Below are positions 37,316-49,651 of a stretch of 64,000 nucleotides of DNA, piece after piece. Below the pieces are notes generated by a model. It had not been told where the DNA came from. It saw nothing but the letters and a program-made list of their open reading frames with translations, and made no database searches. The stretch spans positions 806,001 through 870,000 of the forward strand of contig JBLDXI010000038.1 of NCBI GenBank assembly GCA_047495785.1, given 5' to 3'. This stretch comes from Lepidodermella squamata (taxonomy: Eukaryota > Animalia > Gastrotricha). The number at the start of each line of letters is the position of its first letter. The stretch's first letter is position 1. The position numbers were made by a program, and so were the translations under genes.

Positions 37316-38340
37316 ATGACATATTATCAACTCAGCTGCCGCCTGAGGGCGGTACGTTAGCAAGCATTTTTGCTCATCTAGTATTTGAAAAAGAATGCTT
37401 AGTTCCATGGTTTCGAATTTATTCGCACATCAGTGCCGTGGTACAGGAGATAATTTGTTCAAGTATTTTTCTTCGAATAACATGTGTTCAGTTCATTTTT
37501 CATGTTGTAATAAAATTACTATATCATCATAATTATGTCAATAATCATTATATTTATAATGTACAAAGGAGGATTGACTGCAGAAATAAATTGCAAAACC
37601 AAAGAAAAATGTGGTTATTTTTTGTTCAAAGATTTGACACGACACTGCCATTTTAGAGAGGAAAAGTGAGAACTGAAGAAAAGAGAATTTGGTTGAATTG
37701 TTAACAAAATTATCCCCGCCATCCATCTTAAAATTTGTTACACCCTGTCGAGAAGTTAGAAAACGAAGCTTTTTCACCGAGAGATGTTTTTTCTACTATT
37801 TACAGCATTATGGAAGTGGCAACTGGAGAGCGCTACGGCGCAATCAAGCTAGAATAATTTAAGGTGGCATTTTTTCAGTGTTGACAACATTAAATGCTGG
37901 CCTGATGATGAATGCAAAACAGTAATAAAAATGAAGAGGGATAACGATGGAGAAGAAAAACAACATGGCACTTTCTCAAATTCGACAGAGCTGGCGATTT
38001 AGCGTATGAGCGCACGTCGCGAACAACGAGAGATAAAAACTAAAACTGAACAAAAATCGACTACATTTGAAGTTTCGGTATGAATAATTCAACATTGCAA
38101 CACCCGATAATATTTCGAATTGTTGTGCCCAGATAACAACCAGATGCGTGCGTTGGCTCGTTATAAAGTCCAATTGAGAACCGATATTTGGCTGATAACC
38201 ACACATACACTCATAAAATCGGAAAATAGTGATCGAATTATGGCGGATCCCGAGATACGCACAGCGTGCGCTCAGATTTGACAAGCAACGATTTTTACAA
38301 AATGAAAGATATACTGACAATACAGGCCGATACCAAGGAT

Positions 38341-40162
38341 TTACATCTCATTGCCGCCATCGCACGTGGCACTGCTTTCGCCGCCCTTTCTCAGAGCGAA
38401 ATTGAGAACTGTCGCCATTTGTTTCGGAGGAGCATCGGTAACAGTAACCGGGCAAGTACGACTGCCGTAGCCGGGGGCGCTAACCGTCACCTTGTAGGTC
38501 TTGCCAGGGGCTAATAAACGGTAGTAATCGCCATCAGCATTCGAAGTGACGTCATGGGCGATCGGTGCGTTTGTTTGGGCGTCGACGACGGTGATGGCAG
38601 CGTCGCGGATCGGCGCGCCTGTATCCGCATCAGTAACAATGCCTTTGACGCCGAGATGGACTAGCCACATGAATTCGAGAAGAGCTTTCTTGTTGTCAGC
38701 CCAGATTGTTGGCAACATCTCGCCAGGCGGGTATTTCATGCAACCCAGTTCAAGGGTGATTTCAAATGCATTGGACGCCAAATAGTTGAAGTCCTGCATG
38801 CCACCAGCCACTGAATACCAGTCAGCTCCGTTGGTTACGCCATTTTGGAACATCGAATCGAAACATTCCTTCTCTTGACGGTACATTTTCGTATTGTCCT
38901 GTGCGTAAGACTCAGCCAGATACCTACAAATTTCACCTTAAATTGAATCTCTTATATCTTCCTTCGATTTTTTTACTTGAAAGTATCATCATCAGGCGAC
39001 TTCGAATAGCTACCCTGTGTTCTGCCGTCTTTGCTTTGATCGTACGGGTAATTTGCGACCAAATCGCCGTTGTGCATGTTTGCAGACAGGACGAACGGGT
39101 GGTGTAAAAGCCATCCGATAACAGCTCGAGTTTCGGGTTGGAGCTAAAAAACACAACAAAAATACACGCGTCATTACAAATTGCTATTGGCATATTTTCA
39201 AGTCTTTAATCCCTCCGCGTCACACTTCCGCCTAGCGCAGCGTGAATCATTTTTCACGCAATCGATTTTTTTTTAAATGCAAGTGGCGCAGCCCACGCAC
39301 GGTCTCATAATTTTACACAGAAAGCATATGCGCGTATACGCTCATATCTAGTATCATCTGCCGCATAAAAAATCACGTCACCAAGCACACTATGCATGAC
39401 ATTATAAACAAACTAAGCAAATATAATTTGCCCTACACCAGATGGCCCTATACAAATATAACAAAAAGTAACAAAACGCACCGTGCTATTGTTGATCATC
39501 CTAGACTGGAACAGGTGATGATTTGGAGATCCGGCAATTCGCTCGTTCTTGAACATGATAGCATCGAGGTTAGGAAAATCGCGATTAAGATCCACTTCGT
39601 TAGCGTTCGAACGACCAACTAAATAATCCGCGCGGCCTGTCTTCTGCAGGTTATCGGTGGCAATTTCCCATCCATCAGGGTTCATCGACGGCATCAAATG
39701 AATGCGAGTGCTCGTAATGAGCTTGATGACATCAGGGTTTCCACCTCGATATTGGCAACATAACCAATGAGCGAGATACAACAAAAGTTCTCGCCCAGCC
39801 ACTTCATTGCCGTGCATGTTACCAACGTATTTAAACTCGGGTTCGCCTGAGAACAAAAATTATGCCTTATAATTTGAAGGTTTAATTAGGTTGAAGGTGG
39901 ACATACCAGTTTCATGAACTCCCGGTCGATCGGTAAATTCAATAACAAGAAGCTGACGCCCGCGAACAGTTTTTATGTTCAGCGCATATAACCTCGTGAT
40001 ATCAGGGCACATATTGCGGATAGCGATCAGGTACCCCTTCAACGAGTCGTAATCATGATGTCTGATGTCCAACTGCGAATCGCATTCATCAATCAACCTC
40101 CGTACCGGAACAGCGACACATGATGAAATAAATAGAAGGCAGCTCAGTAATAACAAATTCAT
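38341..40162 (-). CDS. CPE: Carboxypeptidase E-like metallocarboxypeptidase (M14B) with signal peptide and transthyretin-like domain
   Basis: [68 protein letters not shown] and GDYYRLL motifs. Four exons and no C-terminal TM. Confidence 0.92.
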
Positions 40163-40539
40163 GGCCCTATCAACAATCAATAGATGAAAATGAAAATACC
40201 GAAATTAAGTATACGAAAACTAAAACATTTCAACATTCCCATTAGGCAGCCAATCATTATAATTATTAAAGGATAGATGGGTTAATATGGGGAAATTGCT
40301 TCCCACCAAATAATATTTCCTAGTAATTTCTCGCAACGAGCAGCACGTGGTTAATGGAGTTAATCTTTCAAAATCTCCATGGCTTGAACCCTGTAATGAC
40401 GCGTAGCAGTTCTGAACAGCAACCAGCAACATTTTTGTAACTAGCAGATATAAATAGCAAGAATAAGCTATTTGAGAAAATCGGTACCTTTTCATCTTGA
40501 AAAAATTCTTATTCTTGCTACAAGTCATAGGAGCCGTTT

Positions 40540-40747
40540 CCAAATTCGTTGGTAGAAGTGCGCTCTCAGAGGGTTCCCTCTCAGATGGCAGATGGCTCAG
40601 AGGGCACCCCACCCCCAACCCTAACCATAACCCCTAACCCTAAAACTAACCCTAAAACTAACCATAACCCTAACCTTAACCTTTATCTTGACCGTCTGAG
40701 AGCTGAGAGCGGTCCCTCTGAGAGCGCACTTCTACCGACGAAATTGG
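40540..40747. mobile_element. Small foldback/MITE (or HINE-like) element with ~45-bp inverted repeats enclosing degenerate (CCCTAA)n repeats
   Basis: TCGTTGGTAGAAGTGCGCTCTCAGAGGG at 40546 pairs with CCCTCTGAGAGCGCACTTCTACCGACGA ending at 40741. CCCTAA/CCATAA/CCTAAAA units at 40616-40681. Confidence 0.75.
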
Positions 40748-40853
40748 CTCATAAGAAGCCATATATCACGATCAAGATCAAAAATACTCAGCTAGGGGGT
40801 ACTTTTAAGAACCTAAATCAGCCGCTACATTGTGTATGGGTTAAGCGTAATGT

Positions 40854-41511
40854 GAAATAAGTAAGCCGATTTTCAGAAAAATACATTGAAACATGGCGCA
40901 TCTCATTCTTTTCTGCTTGGAAGCTACTCAAATATGAGTATCTGAAAATTCTAGAATACTCGCATATCACCTATGCCTGTTAAAGGTTCAAACAATACAA
41001 GACATAAGAACGAAAGAACAGGTGATCCGAAATCCGGCTCCAATCTACGGATTGTACAGAGGGGTGGCCAAACGCTGAGCCAAGGGAATAGGTATTACTG
41101 GCACTGGTAATTATGGGGAATTTTGCTTATATGGGCAATCAGTATCAATAAAAATTATATTTTATTGTAAATAATAAATAATTATTTTATTGACCTTGAC
41201 ATATTGATCTACTTGGCGGGGGCGGTGAGAAATTTTAGAGGGGTCGACGTTTGCATGAATTTTTGTCCTTTCTTGCACCTGTTAGTTCCTTGTACCAAAA
41301 ACAGCGAATCGCTATCGCAAACTTCATCCCAAGCTCTCTGCTAGCTGTCTTTCGTTCTTATGTCTTGTATTGTTTGAACCTTTAACAGGCATAGGTGATA
41401 TGCGAGTATTCTAGAATTTTCAGATACTCATATTTGAGTAGCTTCCAAGCAGAAAAGAATGAGATGCGCCATGTTTCAATGTATTTTTCTGAAAATCGGC
41501 TTACTTATTTC
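40854..41511. repeat. Perfect 164-bp inverted repeat with 330-bp spacer
   Basis: 40854-41017 reads as the exact reverse complement of 41348-41511. No flanking TSD is visible. Confidence 0.92.
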
Positions 41512-41796
41512 TAGAGAAAACACTTACAAAGAGAAAATATCCATGAAGTATGAAGTCCCGGGTAGTGTCTCCTTAACAACAAAACCTTATAATCTATAAT
41601 CCCATGATTGCTGGACTACTTGGTTGTAAAATGAATGATGTTTGACTAATTTCCAAGCTAGCCTGGCAGATTCTGCACTGCTCTATTCATCGCTGATTTC
41701 ATGAATCGCAAGGTTTATCTTACTTCCCTTTGGAGAGTTTCCCCCGAAATTGTTGCCATTATGGGCGGTAATAACTATTTAATTAAGTATTGGATC

Positions 41797-42330
41797 TTAT
41801 TTATTTATTTAAAAGCTATTAACCCCAAGAGAGGGAAGCTTGACAAAGTATAAGGAAAACAACATATAATTGCAGGACAGGATCACATTTAGGGCAGGAA
41901 AAGTGTTGTAGAAGAAGCTCAACAAACAGCGAAAATACAAAATATTATTTTTAACTATGCTTTTACGACATTACTGATGTTGAAATGTGCGACACGCCTT
42001 TGCAGCTTCGCGACACGCCTTTGCAGACTGCGCGTCGTGAACGATCGAAGGCATTTCATTCCATAGATGCGGGCCCCTGTACGACAGGCTCAGCTGGCCG
42101 CGCTCGGTCGTGAGGGTCGGCTTGAACATCGGCTCGAAATTGCGACAGTTATAGCCGTGGCTGCGGTTGTTCAGCTTGAACATCGACTTGAAGTCGTCCG
42201 GCGCCATCTCGTGCAGGCTTTTCCAGATGAATGTGCATAGGTGTACTGCATGTTTCTGGTTGACAGTAAGCCATCCAAGTCGATGCCGAAGCGGGTTGGG
42301 ATCTTGTAACTTGTTGGCTTCAATCAAAGT
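41797..42330 (-). mobile_element. 5'-truncated CR1/L2-type LINE: ORF2 C-terminus, 3' UTR and (TAAA)n tail
   Basis: ORF 41971-42327 contains LGWLTV...FIWKSLHEMAP...HGYNCR...SLSYRGPHLWNEMP, typical of the post-RT end of these LINEs. TTATTTATTTATTT at ~41797-41810 forms the microsatellite tail. Confidence 0.8.
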
Positions 42331-42779
42331 TCACGTTTCTTTTTGAGACCGTCCGCAAGAAAGGGGAAGAAAATGTTTTATGGTTTGTCCCGCAATGCCT
42401 TTCCGATTTTGACTGATCTCACCAAAATATTCCAAAGAGTCCGCTAAGAGTGTGACCCAGGTAAACCCGCCAATTGCTATTATATACCTAACGAAATGAA
42501 GAGTCGGCTCCGCGGTCTTCCGACGCAAGGCAAAATCACTGGCATTTTGGTAGAACAAACTAATTAGTTCAACGATTTTGATAATAATTTAAAGCATTGA
42601 CAGTCATCGTCTGACCGATTAGATATGAAATGCCTGAATTTTACTCCTGTCTCCCGTCTTGGTGCGAAGACAGCTTTCTCGAAGCTAGTTAGTAACTTCT
42701 TTGAAGTACTTAGCTTCAGTACGGAATTTACGGAAAAATTGCTAAGTAAAATTACTATTTTGTTTAGAATTTCATTATC

Positions 42780-44610
42780 ATGAATCACGTTGGACTCGGC
42801 AGCAGTGGCGCTCTGGATTTGATCGAAGATGAAGATAGCATGGTTGCTGAGCAATCCTTACCATCCTTAATAAACAGCGGCCTCGTCAGCGCAGCTATTG
42901 ATGGAATGAGCACAGGATCGCCAGATGAAGCTATGGCGTATGCAAGCAGCGCTGGTGACATGATCTTAGGTGCCGATCGTGGAATCCGTGAAAGCAGCTT
43001 TGCTGGGACCAATCTCGTTTCAAACGATTTTAGCATCGACCGACCCGTTTTAGATATAGAAGCTTACGCCTCCCAGTTCGAAGGAGTTGCCCGACTTCAG
43101 CGCTTGCTATTCATAGCTGACCATTGTCCTCCTCTTCGGAAAGACGCGTTGAGCATGGCTCTTAGTTATCTGCGAACCTCTAATTCCAAAAATACGAGGG
43201 CGTATGAAAACATTTCCGAACAGTTATTGCGCTGCGTAACTGCGCAGGCAGAGGGCAGCGGTGCTGTTGGTAAAGCCGCCGATAGTTTGCCAGCATCTCT
43301 TGGACCCGTGCCAGATAAGACGTGGCTTGACGCTACTAAGCGGCAAGTTGAAACAACGCAGGCTCATTTAGAGGCGGATTTGAAGTCTTATCGAACCTCG
43401 TCTATTAAAGAAAGTATCCGTCGAACTTACGAAGAGCTTGGAACTTTTTTCGTGGAATGTGGTGACTACGACGCGGCTTTGCGAAACTATTCTCGTGCCC
43501 GTGAGAATGTGACCACTCCTCGTAGTTTGCTGTCAACCACCCTATCCGTAACTTGAACCCCGTTGCTTTTTGTGCTCAGTTGTTGAATTTTTATGCTCTA
43601 GGTTATCCGAGTAGCTGTTTATAAACAAGCTTGGGCTGTGGTTTCAAGCTTTTTAAGCAAATCAGAACTACACAGACGGCCAGATGAACCTTTAGGCTCG
43701 GCCAAAGATGAGGCTTGGTGGGCTCAAACTCGATGCCAGCTTGTTTGCTTAGCTGTAAACCTTCTAATCAAAGAAAACATGCCAATGTATTAACAACATT
43801 TATTTTAGGGACTGGCTGATCTTGTGCATGGTCGTTACAAGCAAGCAGCCAGAAATTTCACTTCGGCACCGGGGCAACAAGTTGCTGTTCACTCGACCGG
43901 TCACAACGACGCTCTGTCGAATGCAGCCGCAGTGGCTGCTGCTGCTGTAGACCCATGCTCAGGCTTTGCCGACCTCTTGTCGCCGAACTGCGTCGCAATT
44001 TACGGCGCAGTCTGTGCTTTGGCGAGCATGGACCGCTCAGAGCTCCATCGGATGGTGCTCGGAAATGCTCACTTTCGTTCATTGCTTGAGTTGGAACCGG
44101 ACTTCCGCGAAATGCTACGCAGCTTCTACGATACAAAGTACAGTACCTGCATTCAAGCAATGGACCGCGTTCGCGATATTTTGCGCCTGGACATATACCT
44201 CTCGCCCCATGTGAACCATTTGTACAATGAAATGCGCCGCAGGGTGCTTGTTCAGTATTTCAGTCCGTATTCATCAGTTGATTTGAACCGAATGGCTGCT
44301 GTAGTTAGCTCTCCAGCAAGCGTGAATCAGTCAGCTGACGGCGGCGTGTTGGCTCTGGAGGCAGAACTTGCTCAGCTCGTTGTCGAAGGTCAGCTTTCAG
44401 CTCGCGTTGATACGAAGGCCAAGGTCTTGAAGGCGCGTGATACTGATCACAGAGCTCAAACCTTCACCCGGGTGATGCAATTGGGTCACGAATATGCTCT
44501 TGCTGCCAGGGCTTTGCTTCTTCGTCACGCGGTAAGTACGGGAAAACTATTTCAAAACGCGAGTTGATAGCTGATGTTTCGCTGCTTGCCTTTTAGTGGC
44601 ATGTAATCCT
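42780..44610 (+). CDS. GPS1: COP9 signalosome subunit 1
   Basis: RLLFIADHCP, DLKSYRTSSIKESIRR, ALRNYSRARE, and PCI domain (LDIYLSPHV...LVQYFSPYSSVDLNRMA...ARVD). Exons approximately 42780-43547, 43602-43753, 43809-44531; the short last exon is uncertain. Confidence 0.93.
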
Positions 44611-46612
44611 CTTATTCAGTATCTGACAACTAGGAAAAGTAGACATGGTTAAGGGCCGCGTGCAGTCTAGACTTCGTGTGGTTGTCACTCATTGATGAAT
44701 TTCGACCATAAGTTAATTTTGTTCAATATTTTGTCAATTGGCCTCAAATTCACAACATTTATAATGGCTTCGATTACTGCTCTGTGGGGTAAACACCAGG
44801 ATGATGATACCGAACACAGCACAGAAGATAACCTATCTTAGGAACCTTTGAATAAGTCTTATTAAGCATTCAGAACAACTTTATACCTAATTATTTGTTT
44901 TATTTCAAAACATTTTATTTCAACATTGGCTTGATTTAGTAGGCAAAGTAAATATTTGTGACAATTATTTGTAAAGAGCGGTAAAGAGGGTTCATCTAAA
45001 GTTTATGCTGCCTTTTAAACCAGGCAAATCCTATAGTTATATGAAATTCTTGCATTCTTCCTGCAACCTACGAGCGTTTCTTGTAAAATTAACCTGCCCC
45101 GGCTAAACAAAGGTATTTGCCGGAGTAAATTTACACAATTTGTCGTTAACAATAAGTACACTTGTGCATTGGTAATACGTGTCGTGCAGGGGGTTGATTT
45201 CCTACGTTTTTTTCTTTTGAGCGACGGCTTGTGGGAAGGGGTTGCCATTTTTAGTTTTAAAAGCGGCATTGTAAAAAGGCTATGCTTGAAACCACTGAAG
45301 ACTTTTGTATAACTCCGAAAGCGTGTTTAATTTGCACAGGCATTTAGAGAGGTATGGTAATGATTGATGATAATATGGCTCGACCACGGCTAAACTGGAT
45401 ATTAATGCGCGTAACTAGACAATATGGTCACATGATGATACTGCGCCAATAACTGATCTTTTACACATTGCTGTTGAGTGACAATACCCATGTTCATAAT
45501 ATCAATTTTATCCTCTTATCTCAATCAAATTTTAATGGTTCTTTCAATTTTAAATGACAGCTATTACGCGCCAACGTATCCGTTCGAGTCAATTCGCCTG
45601 GGTCAGGTTCGTCACAGATGATTGTCGACCACCAGCAACTGACATCTCATTCTGTCGAAGCTGCTGTTGCCGCGGGTATGGGTGGTGGCGCATCTTCATC
45701 TCAGCGACACTACAGGCCATAACAGCGGATCCACCGTTGCACCTTGGAATAAATACCTGTACTATTCTTGAAAGTTGTGATGCCAGATTATATGATAACA
45801 ATGCTTCAAAATGCGGTGAAATTTTCCATATTAAATACTTGTCTGAGCCACGTTAAAAAACGCGCGCTTTTTCATTTTCATTTGACGAAGGATCTTGAAG
45901 TCAGTAAAACATAGGTTGCTTATTTTTAACGTGTTTCTCTAATCTTGGCAATATTTCGTGCATAGAATCTCATTATTTTATACGACGAAGCACGAGACCT
46001 CCGGTTTGTTCCGCCATTCTGCCCTGAATCTCAACAGTATTCTATGGACAACGCGAATAACCGATCATCGCCTCCTGGCTCTAGCAACGGCAAGCGCATC
46101 GTGCCTGATCTCATGGCAGGCACACCGACTGTACGTCCCATTAACATATTCTATGATATTACACTATCTCTGCAATGATAAGCGCGTTATAAGCCTGCAC
46201 ATGCGTTCAAGCGATTAGGTAATTTCAAACTTGCCAACATTGACAATTTGACCTAGATATGTATGGGGGACGTTGTCAGTAATTGACGATGTACTTGGGA
46301 GAGACTCTGGTTTTCTTAATCGGAATCGCACCGCGCTCCGTGCTTCCGAAGGCGTGCACATCATTTTGCGTGTAGTGATAACTCTTATCTGCGGAACAGC
46401 TTACTTGCATTATGTATATCGTTATCGTAGTTCGTGGGTGCCAGGCGCGTTAACAGCTGGCAACCGCCGGCACCTGATACTGTTTCTCCCGGGGTTTAAA
46501 TGCCTACTCGAAAACACGCCACTTCAGTAGCCCTATTTTGCTTGTGAAGTTTGCATCCGCCATTCATTGAAAACCTTTCGTATCTCTCCTCATTTATTGC
46601 TTTCATTTCCAG

Positions 46613-48926
46613 ATGGGTCCAGTGTTTCGGACATCGCACAAGGTGACTATGATTAAGCCTAGTTGCGAAGTTTCTTAATTTCTTGCGGCAGGTAACTCGC
46701 GCCAATCGGGCGAAAGCCCTGGCTGCATGGCACGGACGCAATGATGTACCTTTTCGCGGTTGCACTATTTGGCTAACTGGTCTCTCCGGAGCTGGAAAAA
46801 CCACGCTTTCTATGGTAATAACTATTCAATCTCGTGTAATGATGAAATTTCACGGAGACTGGTGTTTTCTTCTCATCTAGGCGCTTGAAGATTTTTTGGT
46901 ATCGCGAGGAGTAGCTAGTTACAGCCTTGACGGTGATAACGTTAGAACTGGCCTGAATAAAAACCTTGGATTCACTGCTGCCGACCGTGAAGAAAACATT
47001 CGACGCGCTGCTCAAGTGTCCAAGCTGTTCGCTGACGCCGGCCTTGTATGCATTACTTCGTTCATTTCACCGTACGCCAAAGACCGCCAACTGGCCCGAG
47101 AAACGCATGCTGAAAATAATGCCAAATTTTTCGAAGTCTATGTGAGCACACCCCTTGAAGGTAATCCGCTTTCAACCTCCCACTCTTGCCGCTTTACTTA
47201 TGTTTCCGTTCAGTTTGCGAGAAGCGTGATCCGAAGGGGTTGTATGTTCGGGCCCGCGCTGGTTTGTGGTTTTCGCTTTCTGCTGTTGTTGTATCTTCTA
47301 CCTACATTTTCAGGCGAGTTGAGGGGTTTCACGGGCATCGACGCTGCCTATGAGCCACCTGCGAATCCTGGTGGGTAGATTCATCCAATTTGTTGTCCGT
47401 TAACATGAAATTACTTCCATCACAGATATAACCCTGCCCACGCAGGAGATGAGCGTGTATGACTGTGTTCACGAAGTCGTGAAAATGCTTGTCAAGCAGC
47501 ACGTGTTGCCACCAACATTATTGAACGTTGTTGACGAACTTTTTGTGCCCGAAGACGCTCTACCTAGCGCAATTGAAGAAGCCAAGAAGCTGCCGGCTCT
47601 TGCTATTAGCGAAGTTGACGTCCAATGGATTCAGGTTATTGCCGAGGGGTGGGCGTCGCCACTCAAGGGTTTCATGACCGAACGCCAGTATTTACAATGC
47701 CTTCACTTCGGAGCGCTGCTCGATGACGAGTGGGGAGGTTTTTCGAGTCTCACCGTTCCTATCACGTTAGTAATTGAACAGACTGAAATTTTGAAACGAC
47801 TAAAGCTCAGACATTTTCAGGCTTGCCGTCTCCACTGAGGATAAGGTTCGCCTAGCTGATGCGGAGGCTATTGCCCTCACGTACAAATTCCCAGGCACTG
47901 ACGAGAGTCGCATTGTTGCTGTGCTTCGCAAACCCGAATTTTACGAACATCGCAAGGAAGAGCGATGCTGTCGCGTTTTTGGCATCAATCACCCGGGCCA
48001 CCCTGGCGTCAAGTTGGTGCTGGACTCCGGCGATTGGCTGATTGGCGGCACCATTGAAGCTCTGGGCCGTATTACGTGGAACGACGGTCTCGACAAGTTC
48101 CGTTTGACTCCGAACGAACTGCAAGCGAAATTCCGCCACATGGACGCTGATGCCGTTTTTGCATTCCAACTGCGCAACCCTGTCCACAACGGGCACGCAC
48201 TGCTGATGGCAGAGACACATAAGCAATTGTTGGCTGACAAAAGAGCGTTCAAAAAGCCAGTGCTTCTGCTACATCCTCTCGGTGGCTGGACCAAGGACGA
48301 CGACGTGCCCCTGGACGTGAGAATGCGTCAACATGAAGCGGTGCTCGATGCCGATATGGATGGGCTGCGTCGCGACCAGACTGTTCTCGCCATCTTCCCA
48401 TCTCCAATGCTTTATGCTGGCCCGCGCGAGGTACAGTGGCACTGCCGTACTCGAATGATTGCCGGCGCGTCTTTCTATATTGTTGGACGAGATCCTGCGG
48501 GTGTGCCTCATCCGGTATGTCGCATCAGTGTTACGACTGGGTAATTTATTCACCTACATTTTCTTGTTTCACCAGGCTGACAAAAGCCGGGATCTTTACG
48601 AACCGACTCACGGTGCTAAGGTTTTGTCTATGGTAACTTTGATAGTCCTTCAATTTTGAAGCAGTCTGAATTGAAATGTCAAATATATTTAGGCCCCTGG
48701 ACTAGATTCGTTGGAAATTGTTCCATTCCGCGTTGCTGCTTACGATCGGACGACGCAGCAAATGGCGTTATTCGACCCCAAACGCCCGGGCGACTTTGAT
48801 TTCATCAGTGGTACTAAGATGCGCGCTCTTGCTCGCGGTGGCATCGATCCTCCAAATGGCTTTATGGTTCCTGCAGCTTGGAAAGTTCTGGCTGAGTATT
48901 ACAAATCATTGGCATCCCAAGCGTGA
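46613..48926 (+). CDS. PAPSS: Bifunctional PAPS synthase (APS kinase + ATP sulfurylase)
   Basis: P-loop [57 protein letters not shown] and FISGTKMR motifs. About 9 exons. Confidence 0.96.
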
Positions 48927-49439
48927 AGATCTTTATTTCGATGCCGGTTGTGACTGAAGCATTCCAACAGCTGCGTGATAGACACTTCGATCCGTTTTGA
49001 CTTTTGACTGACATGTAGCCAAGTGCACAAGAATTACGCTATACGCTATTTATTGTGGTATTTATAACCCACGACTCTTTTTGAGACAGTTCTTATTGCT
49101 ATCTCTGCACGTAACATTGTTTATGATTTCAGCAAATTATTTGGAACGAAAAAGGCTCGTGCTTTAATATGCACTGAGTCATTTGAAACGATTTATCTCT
49201 TATTTATGCAATAATTCAAGTGATCGATACATCGAATGGAATAAATAATAATTTTAAAAATGCTATGATATTTTACTCCCACCTCTTGCTGATTGAAAAG
49301 AAAAGTCGCTTTATCCATTGCATGATTAATTTTTCGGTATGCACTAACGTCTAATCCTTTCAGCACAGTGAAAACCCAACATTTCGGCCGAAGCCGATCA
49401 ATCAGTGCTTAAATTCTAATGATGAACCCGTTCCTCGTG

Positions 49440-49590
49440 TCTCTCTTCCTCTTCCCTCTCTGTTCTTCCTTCTCTATCTCCCATCTTCCGTCTACTCTTC
49501 CATATCTTCCAAAAGGAAGAAGATGAAGAAGGAAAAAGGGAAGAGAAGACGGGAGAATAGGAAGAATAAGAGAGGGAAGAGGAAGAGAGA
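49440..49590. repeat. Polypyrimidine/polypurine foldback
   Basis: CT-rich arm TCTCTCTTCCTCTTCCCTCTCT... followed by a GA-rich arm ending ...AGAGAGGGAAGAGGAAGAGAGA; the outer 22 bp are exactly complementary. Confidence 0.8.
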
Positions 49591-49651
49591 TCTTATTTCT
49601 ATGTAAACGCTAGAATTTTTAATCTTTAATTATCGAGTCAAGTCCTCGCCA

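Noticed and set aside
40616-40681. True telomere or chromosome fusion point
   Set aside because: Short, degenerate, single orientation and enclosed by inverted repeats of a small element.
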